Below, one piece after another: positions 47,365-58,035 of a DNA stretch of 64,000 nucleotides. Below the pieces are notes generated by a model. That model had not been told where the DNA came from. It was given only the letters and a program-made list of their open reading frames with translations, and made no database searches. A program made the translations under genes and the position numbers. This DNA comes from Cyanophora paradoxa CCMP329 (Eukaryota; Plantae; Glaucophyta). Position 1 is the stretch's first letter; each line of letters starts with the position of its first letter. The stretch spans positions 23,830-87,829 of the forward strand of contig QPMI01000393.1 of assembly GCA_004431415.1 (NCBI GenBank), read 5' to 3'.

Positions 47365-47389
47365 AAATCTCAGGTATATATAGAGAGGG

Positions 47390-47662
47390 ATGGATGATAA
47401 AACAAAGAAATTCATAGAATCTGCAATGATGGTTCATGGTGATGCTAAATTCGATTACAGTGAGACAGTCTATAAGAAAGCACAAGAGAAGGTCTCTGTT
47501 AGATGCCTTAAATGCAACAAGATCCTGCAAACCTACCCATTTAATCATGTAAGGGGAAGTGGATGCAGAGAGTGCAACAAGAAATCCTCTCATGCATATA
47601 GAAAAAAGACTACATCAGGAATTGTGATAGATGATAAACCAGTAGTATTATATTTCGATTAG
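47390..47662 (+). CDS. Stand-alone zinc-ribbon protein (DUF723-like)
   Basis: FIESA..VHG..FDYS..Y...KV.V.CxxC...P.NH..GSGCxxC. Confidence 0.7.
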   Translation: MDDKTKKFIESAMMVHGDAKFDYSETVYKKAQEKVSVRCLKCNKILQTYPFNHVRGSGCRECNKKSSHAYRKKTTSGIVIDDKPVVLYFD

Positions 47663-47808
47663 ATCTTTGAGAGAGAAATGAGAATCTTTCCCCATTTTCC
47701 CTTGGTGATTATGCATGTGTCAAAGCAGTTTGGACAGGTCTTGTGGTAGTGCAGCAGAATGATATCCACCAACTCATAAGGTAGCACTCTTGCTAAGATG
47801 GTTCGCAT
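47659..47808 (-). CDS. 49-aa micro-ORF with F-box-like N-terminus
   Basis: MRTILARVLPYELVDIILLHYHKTCPNCFDTC...; fills the gap, and its stop overlaps the neighbouring stop. Confidence 0.4.
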   Translation of the reverse strand: MRTILARVLPYELVDIILLHYHKTCPNCFDTCIITKGKWGKILISLSKI

Positions 47809-47848
47809 TCTACCAATCGCGTTTTTAATTTTTCTAAATTATTCATAA

Positions 47849-48250
47849 ATGAATACTCATCGAGGCTTCCATGTGATGCTGGATTACAAATTCAGAACCC
47901 AATTAGCAGTAGGAGTGGAAAACTTGGAGACAACAACCAGGTGGTTAATGCAGTTCTTGCAAACTATTATTCAAGAGCAAGGTATTCGAGTAGTTCACAA
48001 GCATTGCGAGATTTTCGATGGTGGTATTTCTCCTCCTGGTTTTGCAATGGTTCTTCTGCTGGATGAGAGCCATTGCACTGCTCATTGTTACTCAAATGAA
48101 GGTATGTTGGCGATTGATATATTCAGTTGTGGATTAGAAGCAGAGAGAAAAACCACGAGAGTATCTCATGAGATAGATGAGAGAATAACAGGTGTGTTTT
48201 CAGGGTTGGAGAAATCGGAGAAACATAGAGTATTGCGATTTCCGAGTTAG
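47849..48250 (+). CDS. speD: Prokaryotic-type pyruvoyl S-adenosylmethionine decarboxylase proenzyme (SpeD/SpeH family)
   Basis: G.H..LD, PPG..VLLLDESH (autocleavage E/S), H.Y, IDIFSCG; 133 aa. Confidence 0.88.
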   Translation: MNTHRGFHVMLDYKFRTQLAVGVENLETTTRWLMQFLQTIIQEQGIRVVHKHCEIFDGGISPPGFAMVLLLDESHCTAHCYSNEGMLAIDIFSCGLEAERKTTRVSHEIDERITGVFSGLEKSEKHRVLRFPS

Positions 48251-49513
48251 TTGACACTGAGATATTCAGAATTTCAGATGGTCTTACTGAAATCCGTCTT
48301 GTGACACCTATTTAATTGACTGTGACGCCTCTTTAATTGACTGTGACGCCTGTGACGCCTGTGACGCCTACTTTCAAACTTTTTAAAATTTTCAAAAATG
48401 ACAGACTTCTGAAAACAGCCGTCACAGCCGTCACAGGCGTCACACCCAATTAAAAATGGAATCTCTTTCTCTTACTGAGATTTTCGAAAATATATTCTTG
48501 TCTTACTGAAATCCGTCTTGTGACACCTCTGACACCTACAAAACACTATCCATTAATCAACCTTTTTGAAAATGCGAAGTTGTCTTACTGGAAATGGTCT
48601 GCAATTTCGCTGTGACACCTAATTTAATTGAGTGTGACGCCTGTGACGCCTGTGACACCTACTTTCAAACTTTTTAAAATTTTCAAAAATGACAGACTTC
48701 TGAAAACAGGCGTCACAGCCGTCACAGGCGTCACAGACATTCCACCCCTCTTACTGACTTTCTCAAAAACAAAACTATCTCTTACTGAATATCATTTGAA
48801 TACTACCTGTCACACTTGATCTCAATTATTCTGTTTTATAGAACATATGCAATCTAATCGATTGTTCAATTGGAGATAATGCAACTCTGTGACACTTTTT
48901 TCAATCTAAAATATAAATCCGCAATCTCATCGATTGTTTAATTGGACATAATGCAGTTCCGATATATTCCAATAGAAAATCCCGCAATCTAATCGATTGT
49001 TTAATGGGAGATAATGCAACTCTGTGACAGTTTTTGGGTGCAAAAATGCAAATCAGCAATCTCATCGATTGTTCAATTGGACACAATGCAACTCTGTGAC
49101 ACTTTTTGCGTTTTTCGATACACAATGGGCGGTGGTCTACTTCAATACCGATGAGATATATCGAGTTTATGCGAATTTATGCAATTTAATCGCGATTATA
49201 TCGATCTTTAAGTAGTTTAATGTTAATCTATCGCAGTTATATATGTAATCGACAAAGAACATAATCAATCGATATAAGATCAATTGATGCAATCGTAAAT
49301 ATGCATAAAGTTAAACGCGTTTTTCATTTTTAATACAAAGTTTGCATTAATTTATACAAAATTTGCATAAAAAGTTAAAGAATTTAATCGATAAATACGT
49401 ATTTTAGTATTAATTTTGACACATATGTATAAACTTATTTAAATCCTGAGTGAATCGAGATCGCGAAGCGATCGAGATGAACGAGGGATTTAAATAAGTT
49501 TATACATATGTGT
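48155..49513 (-). repeat. Right terminal inverted repeat (1359 bp), including terminal hairpin 49419-49513
   Basis: Mirror of 21709-23067; overlaps the last 96 nt of the decarboxylase gene. Confidence 0.95.
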
Positions 49514-50360
49514 ATAGGGCGAAGTCCTCGGCCCTCCCTTCCGCCCCACCCGCCTCTTCGCCGCCCCGCCCAAGTCCTCGCCCCCTCCGCTCAGCCCTGT
49601 AACCGCGCCGCACTCCACGGGCTGCCAATCGTTTCCGCACCTGGAGGGGGACCCAGGCGCGGGTGTCGAGGGCGGCGGCGACGGCGGGCCCCGGGGGGTG
49701 AAGGGTCCGGCCGAGCCGCTGGAAACCTATCCGACCGGACCTATCCGAGCAAATTTGTTTTGGGCCCCGGGGGGTGGCCCTTTGGCAGATTGGCCTCCCG
49801 CAGCGCCAGCGCCCGCTGCGGGGCGGGGCGGGGCGGGGCTGGGCGGTCGGGGCCGGCGGGCGGCGGGGCGGGGGCGGGGCGCGGACGGACCGCGTAGAGC
49901 TGGTCGACTTCGGGGTACCGCGCCCAGAGCACGCTGCGCGGTGCCTCAGGCCGGCACGGCGGGCCGGGGGCGGGCAGAGCGGGCGCGGGCGTCGGCGGCT
50001 CAAGACGGCAGCGAGCGCTAGAGGCTCGGGATCGAGCTCTAGACCCTAATCCCAAGGCTCTAAGCTCCTCGCTCGCTCGGGCGCGGGCGCGGGGCGGGGC
50101 TGGCGCACTAGAGGCGGGCGAGGGCGTCGGCGGGCTGGGCGACGGCCTCGTGGCCTTCCCCGAAGACCGCCTCCCGCACCGTCACCGCCCGCTGCACGAG
50201 GAGGGGGGAGGGGCAGGTTAGAGTGAGGTGCGGGGGAGTGTTAGGTATACGTACACCTCCGCGTGAGAGGCGGGGGCGGGGGCCTAGGCCAGGGGGGTCG
50301 GCCTCGGGGTACCGCGCCCAGCCTGGCAGAGCACGCTGCGGGGCGCCTCAGGCCGGCAAG
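49514..50360 (-). pseudogene. 5' part of the interrupted TPR repeat gene
   Basis: Exon-like pieces RYPEAD, VQRAVTVREAVFG, ARYPEVDQLY, RALALREANLPKGHP. Extent approximate. Confidence 0.55.
49701..49761 (+). mobile_element. Internally deleted copy of a tiny SINE-like element with 15-bp TSD
   Basis: Flanked by gggccccggggggtg (49686-49700 and 49762-49776). Starts aagggtccggccgagccgctggaaac, ends cctatccgagcaaatttgtttt. Confidence 0.75.
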
Positions 50361-50563
50361 CGGGGCGTGCGGGGCGCAGGCATCGGCGGCGGGGGAAGAG
50401 GGGGGGAGGGGGCATTAATATTGCGCGTGCAAATGCGCCGTTTTCGCGCTTAAGCTTCCTGCGCATGCTGGCAGGCTGCACATATCATAGCTCGCGCTGC
50501 AGCTCGCGCGTGCACGTTTGCGATATCGATACTATTTATTGATATTATTACATCATGACTCCG

Positions 50564-50654
50564 AAGGGTCCGGCCGAGCCGCTGGAAACAGCGGCGCGTG
50601 GGGAGGGGGGCAACCCCCTCCCTGCCTGGCCGGACCTATCCGAGCAATTTTCTT
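50564..50654 (+). mobile_element. About 90-nt structured SINE-like element with 16-bp TSD
   Basis: Flanked by ttacatcatgactccg (50548-50563 and 50655-50670). Absent from the paralogous site near 9710. Confidence 0.78.
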
Positions 50655-51535
50655 TTACATCATGACTCCGTGATCATGCATATGGCGTTACATTTAATTT
50701 ACAGTCGAAAGGCGAAAGGCGAATTCGAAAGGTCGAAAGTCGAAAAATTGTATTACTACAAGCAGGGGGGCAAGCCCCCCCGCACCCCCCCATTTATTGA
50801 ACTTGTATAATCTGCAATATCGATATCAATGAATCGCAAATCTCGCAATTTCGCGAACGCGTACGTGAATCGCAGGGCTTCTCCAGTACTAGTCTCTGTG
50901 TGTGAAGTCTCTGTACATGTGTGAACGTGAATCGCGCCGCGGCACCATGAATTGTAATCGCGATATTCGCACTGCTGTCTCTGGTGGGCAGGTGCCACGC
51001 GTACGGTGCTTTATAATTTAATTTGCGCCGCGCGCGGCGCATGCGCTCTCATCGGAGCATGATTAGAATTAATAACTGCACGTGCACATGTTGGGCGCCG
51101 GCCTCGTCATCGATATATATCGTCACTATCGTGGCAGTCTGCGCATGCCAGACATTCTCGTGGCAAAAGAATAATCACGATCCTAGCCCCTAGTAGGGCT
51201 CATGATCAGCTTCGTCTTCAAATTGCTACAGCCGCGCGCGCTACTTCGAATTCAGGGAAGCGGGCGCTTCGCTCGAAAACTAGATTACTAGCAGCATGCG
51301 CAGCCCGTTCACGTGCACAGATCTAGAAGGTCCGGTGCAGCATGCGCAGTTGCAGCACCCAGTGCCTGTACATGTGTGTACGCGGTTGTTCAGCCAACGA
51401 CAGCTGCAAGCTGTAGCTGCTGTACAGCCCGTACTACGCCCGCGGTAGTACGCCCGCGGCCATATGCATGCATGAATGCAGCTGCAGCCGCTGAGCCTAC
51501 AGGCTACAGCCTACAAGCTACAGCTTATACCAGTA

Positions 51536-51750
51536 CTGTAGGAATGCTTAAATTGCCGCGTAGTTAAATTGCCGAATTCGACCAAAACCGGAATTGCCGT
51601 GGCGATAAATTGCCGAATCCAGAGTCTGCTCTATGGCGGTCTAGGAAAATTTCTACCCCCCAAGCAATTGCCGTGATGATAAATTGCCGAATTCGGCCTC
51701 TCGGCAATTTACGGCAATTTAAAACATCGGCTAAAAAAGCATTCCTACAG
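51536..51750. mobile_element. TA-flanked MITE (Tc1/mariner-like)
   Basis: ta|ctgtaggaatgctt ... aagcattcctacag|ta, perfect 14-bp TIRs, internal aaattgccg repeats. Confidence 0.8.
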
Positions 51751-52295
51751 TAATTACTCCGGTGCGCGTTTCCGTTACTTTCCGGTACTTGCCGCCAAGT
51801 TGCCGGCGTTTCCGTTACTTTCCGTTAACGTTATCCGCCACCTTCCGTTACTTTCGGTTATCCACCTGGATTCCACCAGTGACCGCCACAGTGTCCGCCA
51901 CTAGGACTTTTCGTGCACGTGCACACCAGTGACACCACTGGCCAGCTTAAAGCCTTAAACTGTTCGGAACTTCTTCGAAGTCGCAATTCCGGTACCTGGT
52001 ACCGGACTCCGGGAGCAACTTCCGATGATAACAATGAACGTCATCGGGATATTGGACCGATTCGTACCGCATCGCGTCGCGATCGATTTCGAGTTTTCAA
52101 CTTGGCAACGACCGATCGGACGGATTCAGCTGGCCAGCTGGCCAGCGCCCGGGCGGCGCCGCTGCCGGCGCGCGCGGCCGCGTCGCCCGGTGCCAGCGCG
52201 CCGGCTGGGCGGCGGGCGCGCGCGGGCGCCGGCTGTGCGGCCGCCGGCCGGTTGTCACGTGCACAGTGTGGGCATGCGTGCGCTCACTGCTCAGC

Positions 52296-52852
52296 TGCGC
52301 TGCGCATGCGCGTTCACGTGGCAGCCCACTGGCAGGCGCCGCCAGGCGGTGACAGCGGTGTTTTACTACTGGTCCGAACTCAAAGTGCCAATTGAGTATG
52401 AGGTCGGGAGTTTGAATAGGGGCTCCGTCGCGTACCGTAGACTCCGTAGTACGCTACTGGTACGTATACTAGGCTACTACGGGGCCTCTATAGCTACAGC
52501 CGCGGCTGCTGAGCCGCCTACTACGGGCCGCTGTGCCGCGAGCCTGTGCGGCCGTCCGTGGCCGGGCTAGGCAGCGGCGCAGCCTACAGCTCAGCGGCTG
52601 GCATGCTGCCAGGCTGGCTGGTTAACGTTGTGCCAGCCTCTGCCAGCCCAGTGCCAGGCTGCCAGCGCAAGCTTAAGTCAAGTGCGTTGGCCAACGCATG
52701 CGCATTGCGCAGTCACGCGCGTGCGCTGCGCGTTCACATGGCAGCCCACTGGCAGTCGCCGCCAGGCGGCGACAGCGGTCTTCTACTACTGGTCCGTACT
52801 CAAAGTGCCAATTGAGTATGGGGTCGGGAGTTTGAATAGGGGCTCCGTCGCG
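52296..52852 (+). repeat. Pair of about 135-bp direct repeats
   Basis: gcgcgttcac.tggcagcccactggcag...aataggggctccgtcgcgt at about 52296-52433 and 52722-52852. Confidence 0.75.
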
Positions 52853-54091
52853 TTTTGGCTCGGCTGTTGCGTACCACTCGTGTTTTTTTACGTGTGTGCG
52901 CTTGCGTCATAAGTAATAAGTTATAACTTAGTATAACTAGTGGCCCGGCCGCGATTCTCGCGCCGGGGGTGCAAGGGGGGAACCGGGATCTAATGAAAGA
53001 GTCGTAGTGGCACGCACATGCACGGGACAGATCTAGATCGACCCCGGCCCAGCGCGCGCGGCAGGTTGAAGTAGTAAAGATAGACACAGATTATATATGA
53101 TTGAAAAAATAAAGAAAAGGCCCGATAATTATAAGCAGACGCTGCGATCAAACCGAATAAAGAAAAGCCTCAATGAAAGGCCAGATTCAGCGCACTGTAT
53201 ATGAAAGATTCTTCTGGAGCGAAAAAACGCTGCGCATCAACTGTGTTCGCACGGCCTACCGCTAACCCTGAACAGCTGGCTAAAAGATGATGGTGCTGTC
53301 TGCAGAGGGCTCGCCGAGTCGCCGTAAACATAGGCAATCCAGGCCTTCTGTAGGCCTAGGGGGTCGGGGTGGAAGTCGACCATGGGGGTGAGCGGCAGCC
53401 AGCGGCGCCGGTCCTGAAGAGAGCCGTCTTGCGAGAGCATGGTGAGGCGGCCCGCCGCCTCGAGCGCCCGCAGAGCCACGCGGCTGGCGCGTTGCTCGCT
53501 CCCGCCGCGCATCTAGATCTGGTAGACAAGGTCTTGAATTTCGATATCCGCGAGGCCGGCGTCACGGAGGCGCTTGAGGACTCCCATGTGGACTCCCTTG
53601 AGGAAGTAAGAGCAAGGCGTACGCGGCGCACTGCAGCTGCGACGAAGCCGAAATCTAGAGGAGACAGCTAGGGAGAACTGGTTCCATGCATAACCGCGCA
53701 AGAAATTCGAAGACCGGAGTGAGGAGAAGTTCGTTTTCCCCTCGAAAACCACTTTTTCCCCTCGACTTTGACGCTCGAAAGTCGAAGGCTGACCGGTCCA
53801 CCGAGCCAATCGGAACGCGAATAAAGCATCATTATTTTCTGGCGTTGCATACTGGACCTCGAAAACGGCCTCATAGAAAACTTTTGGCTGAAGCGAGGGA
53901 ACGGGAAGCAAGGGGGGGAAGACCTTCGGTCTTCTTTTCCCCCCTTGCAATATCCGGTGATCATGGGATCATTTATCTCGATCTTTAGGCTTACAATCAG
54001 CTCAGCATATGGCTAATTATATAACTGGCCATGGAGTTCGAAGCTTAAGCTGCCACTGAGCCTGCCAGGCCGGGCCGCAGGCATATTGAAT

Positions 54092-55869
54092 TTACTGGTG
54101 GCGCGAGAATGCCACAGCGACGAGGGAACAAGCAACGGAAGCCAGCGCGCCCCAGACAGAAGGCGCTTGCGCGCCTGCCAGGCTCGACACGAATGGCCTG
54201 CGCCCGACCCGGACAGAATGCAATGCCGTCAACCCTCGAGCAGATTGCAATTGCACAAATAAATATTGCAATGAATGCGAGTAATGACGCACACGTTGAC
54301 GGTCCCGGTCGACGTCCACTGGAAGGCCTGCGCATATGGAAAAAACAATTGACGAAAGGGGCACGTGCACCGATCATGGAGACTATGAGATGTGAATTAT
54401 TGAATTTTCGCGCACGTTCGCGAGGGTGAACATCTGCATGAAGCGAACACAAACCCAGTGAGCCTTGAGACAGGGGCCAGAGCGGAGAGTGATCGTATAT
54501 AAATATTTATAATTGATTGAGTGGACTCACTTGGAAGGCATCGTTGACGCTCTTGATCTGGAGGCTGTAGCCAGTGCCTTGGGAGAATTGGAGGAGGCTA
54601 CGCGTCGTCTGCCGGTTGCAGTTCGACGAGAAGGGCGGGACACCTGCGCACGCGCGTATGCGTGATAATAATAATAAGCTTATATTTAAGATCAGAAATG
54701 ACAATTTGTGCGGGAGCCTGAGCGGAGCAACATTTTAATTTACGCACGGAAGGCGATCTCGGTCGAAGAGACGATGCGGGGGTTGAGGGCGGGGCAGCTC
54801 ACGCCGGACGACGAGACGATCTGGACCTCGATCGGCTCCCCGACTGGGAACCCTTCACCGTAAAGGATCACTTCTCCGCCCGTCTGCGCATGCGTGAACA
54901 CAGGACATCAAAATCGGCTGCAGCTGCAGGGGTCTTTTGGCGTCCAGCAAATTAAACAGCGTGTCCAGCAATTTTGCAAACAGCGCGGGCCGTGCGCACG
55001 GGAGGGGCCTGGATGACGGGGCGCGGGAGGCGGGCGGTGTTGGTCGCGTCGAACTCGAGGGTGGTGCCGGGCAGGCCCGTGCTGACGCCTTGCACGATGA
55101 TTCTCGTGATGTTGATCGTCTGCGGGTGTGCAACGGCAAAGGCGCATGGGACTCGCGTTAGTTCGAAGGGCGAAAAATACTCGATTTCAATTCCGTGTAC
55201 CTTGTGGATCGCGGGCGTAGCCGGCTTGGCGGTGGGCGCCGGCGACGGCGTGGCTGTGGGAATCGGAGCAGTGGGAGGCGTGGTTGGGTTCGCGATCGTT
55301 GGAGGGTTGGGGGTCGGGGTTGCGATCGCAGCGGCGGCGGTGGAGGGCGACGGGCTCGGGCTCGGGCTCGCGATTGCGGAGGGGGTCGGCGATGGGCTGG
55401 GGCTGGGCGAGGGAGACGGGGAGGCGGACGGCGAAGGCGACGGCGTGGCTGGGAACACGCAGACGTTGCTCACGTTCGTTAAAGGCGCCTGGCAGGCGCA
55501 CGCGGGGCGCGTGAATGTGCCCGCCTTTTGGAGCAAACTCCGGCGACCGGGTACCGTCGACGTCCGACCAGCTGCATCTACGGTCACGGTGCGGTACATC
55601 GCCTGCCCTTCTGTGCAGTTCAAGACGCAGTACTGCGGGGTGCCAACGGGAGGGCCCCAGTCGGTGCTGCTTCCTTCCGCCCAAGAAACGGTCACGTTGG
55701 GAGCGTTGCAATCGCAACCGCCGTTGGCGCCGGAGGCTCCTGTAGGTTGGCTGACTGACGCATCGCACTCTACGCCGAATGAGACAACGCTAGCGCTGAC
55801 AGCGGAGATGCCGAATGCCGCGATGGCGGCGGCGAGAAGCAGCACGGCTGCGAGCTTCGAATTCGCCAT
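54092..55869 (-). CDS. Secreted/cell-surface (SP)n glycoprotein, copy 2
   Basis: Paralog of 9961-11737 with the same exon layout. Confidence 0.7.
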
Positions 55870-56202
55870 CGATATCCGATGATCGATATCGATCCGATGA
55901 TCCCCGGGCCCGGCCGGCGCCGCGGATCGGGGGATTCGCCGGGTCGATCGCGTCGTGCCGGGTCTACTATAGCTACCAGTAGGCCTAGGATAGCGGCCTG
56001 GGACTCACTGAGTCAGTGACTCGTGACCGTCGGACTCCCGCCGGGCCCGGGGGCCGGGACTACCGTAGTACCGGACCAGTAGTACCGGTACTGGTACTCT
56101 ACTTGTAACTCTAGCCTCTACTACTGGCCCTCTAGGGCCTAGGCCCCTCAGCGGCAGGCTCAGCCGCCAGTCTCAGAGTCGATACCGTGTAACAGGAAAA
56201 TA

Positions 56203-56390
56203 CTGGACGCTGATGATTAGTGGAGCCGGAAATTAGTGGACCAAACTTTTGACTCAGTCCACTAATTTCAAGCTCCACTAATTTCCTGATGGGACGCCGA
56301 CTCATACAGTACCCCCCACAAATCAACGCCCCATATATACAAGCCTGAAACTTTTTAAAAGTTTTACGATCCACTAATGTCGGGCTCCAG
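56203..56390. mobile_element. TA-flanked MITE
   Basis: ta|ctgga..attagtgga ... tccactaat..tccag|ta. Confidence 0.55.
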
Positions 56391-56449
56391 TACGGTATTT
56401 CGCCTGTACCGTACGTGGGATCCAGAGGGCCAAGTTTTACGATCCACTA

Positions 56450-56950
56450 CTCCGCCAGTTTTTTACGATAAACCCGAAAATCCTGTCGAAAATTAGTCCG
56501 CCAGCGTCTTGATTTCGACACCCTGCGACTTCGCCATAGAGAGGTCAGCCGCTGGTACCCTTCTCTCCATACAAAGGCTTAATTCGCCAGTGTCAAATAT
56601 TCGACAGCGCGAGGGTCTGGCGAATATAGTCGAAATTGAACGCTGGCGGAAATTCGTACGTTTACAGTACTGTAACAGTAGTACTGTTACGTACGAATAT
56701 CCGCCAGCGTTTAATTTCGACTACTAGTATATTCGCCAGACCGTCGGACCCTCGGTCCCTCGCGCTGGCGAATCGAATATTTGACGCTGGCGAATTGAGC
56801 CGCTGAGCTTTTGTATGGAAAAAGGGGTACTAGCGGCTAACTCGTCTCAGAGTCTATGGCGAGGGTCGCGCGGGGTGGCGAAATCAAGACGCTGGCGGAG
56901 TAATTTTCGCCAGGATTTCCGGTTTTTGGCGAATTAAAGTGCCGGCGGAT
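56450..56950. repeat. Long imperfect palindrome (foldback-like element)
   Basis: ccgccagcgtcttgatttcg (about 56498) mirrors cgaaatcaagacgctggcgg (about 56880), with further mirrored blocks around a centre near 56675. Confidence 0.7.
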
Positions 56951-58035
56951 ATTCCGGAGCCGGGCGGCCCAGGGCCCAGGCCCCAGGCGGGCCAGGCCCC
57001 GCCGGCCCGGCGCCGGCGGCGCGCGCCGGCGCCCCGAGCTAAGCTACTAGGAGGCCGGATAAGTTGAAGCCTTAACTCTTGGCAAGTGCGCAAGTACTAC
57101 TAGCCTAGTACTAGCCTACTACTAGGCTACCTCTAGCTCTATAGCTAGCTAGCTCGTACAGTAGCTAGCTCGAGTCATGATCGATCATGTACGTGTACAA
57201 GTACTAGTCAGTTTTCTGTTGGACGGAAACTCAGTTTCCGGTTGGCCGGATCCGATGATAACGAGTCACGAGACTCACGACAACGTAGGTGTAATTTTTT
57301 TTGTCATGATCAGTTCTGACTCAGTGAGTCATCACTGACTCATCAGTTCGAATTCGCGCCCGAACTTCAAAAGCTTCGTCAATTCGCCGCGGCGCGTACC
57401 GTACGTATACCCGGGTATATACGGTCCGTACGGCGTATACCTATACGGTACCGCCGTACCGGTACCGTACCGTACCGCGGCCGCCGGCCGTACGTACCGT
57501 AGACTGTGGTGGCAGTGTGGTCCGTAGTAACAGCGTACTACGGTACCAGTCAGGCTAGCTCGGGCGAGGTCCGCCAGATCATCCAGGTTCGCTGTCCTTG
57601 TCCCCTCCTCATTCTTTCATTCTGACTCGCCCCATGGCCGGGCGCCATGGCCAGGGGAAGAGGGGCGTACATGGGGTACCCCCCCCTCAAGCATTTGACA
57701 AATATTTGACCTAGCCGAGGGGCCAAGCATTTGAGCCGGCCGGCTCGGGTGCTTGGCTTGGCTTGACTCCGGAAGGCCAAAATTTGGCTTGGCTTGGCTT
57801 GAAGCCGGGGGGGGTCAAGCATCAGGCCTACCGGCCCAACGGGGTCGCGCAAACTAAACAATTTAAACCTCCACAGGCGGGGAAGCATGAGGGGTACACC
57901 CGCGCATTCGGACCTACGGCGGGTCCGATATCGATATCGATATATACGCTCGGACTCCAACGTTAACGTTGACCCCGCACTGCGGCAGCCTAGACCTTCA
58001 ACGTTGACCCGGCAGGGCAGGGCCGGCGGCGGCCC

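Larger units (their letters stand above)
21709..49513. mobile_element. Endogenous Polinton-like virus (pPolB, rve integrase, double jelly-roll capsid), 27.8 kb
   Basis: Abrupt switch to AT-rich, intronless DNA. Termini ACAC...GTGT, 1359-bp TIRs, 6-bp TSD ataggg (21703-21708 and 49514-49519). Carries MCP, minor capsid, ATPase, PolB, integrase and helicase genes. Confidence 0.96.
50759..53950. mobile_element. 3.2-kb insertion with hairpins at both ends (possible non-autonomous HUH/Helitron2-like element)
   Basis: Paralogous empty site attacta|tatccggtg at about 9772-9787. Ends gggggg-caag-cccccc and gcaaggggggg...ccccccttgc. Confidence 0.55.

Noticed and set aside
50564-50654. Group II intron domain V or hammerhead ribozyme
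   Set aside because: GAGCCG...GAAA resembles domain V, but the helix length and bulge do not fit, and there is no CUGANGA hammerhead core.
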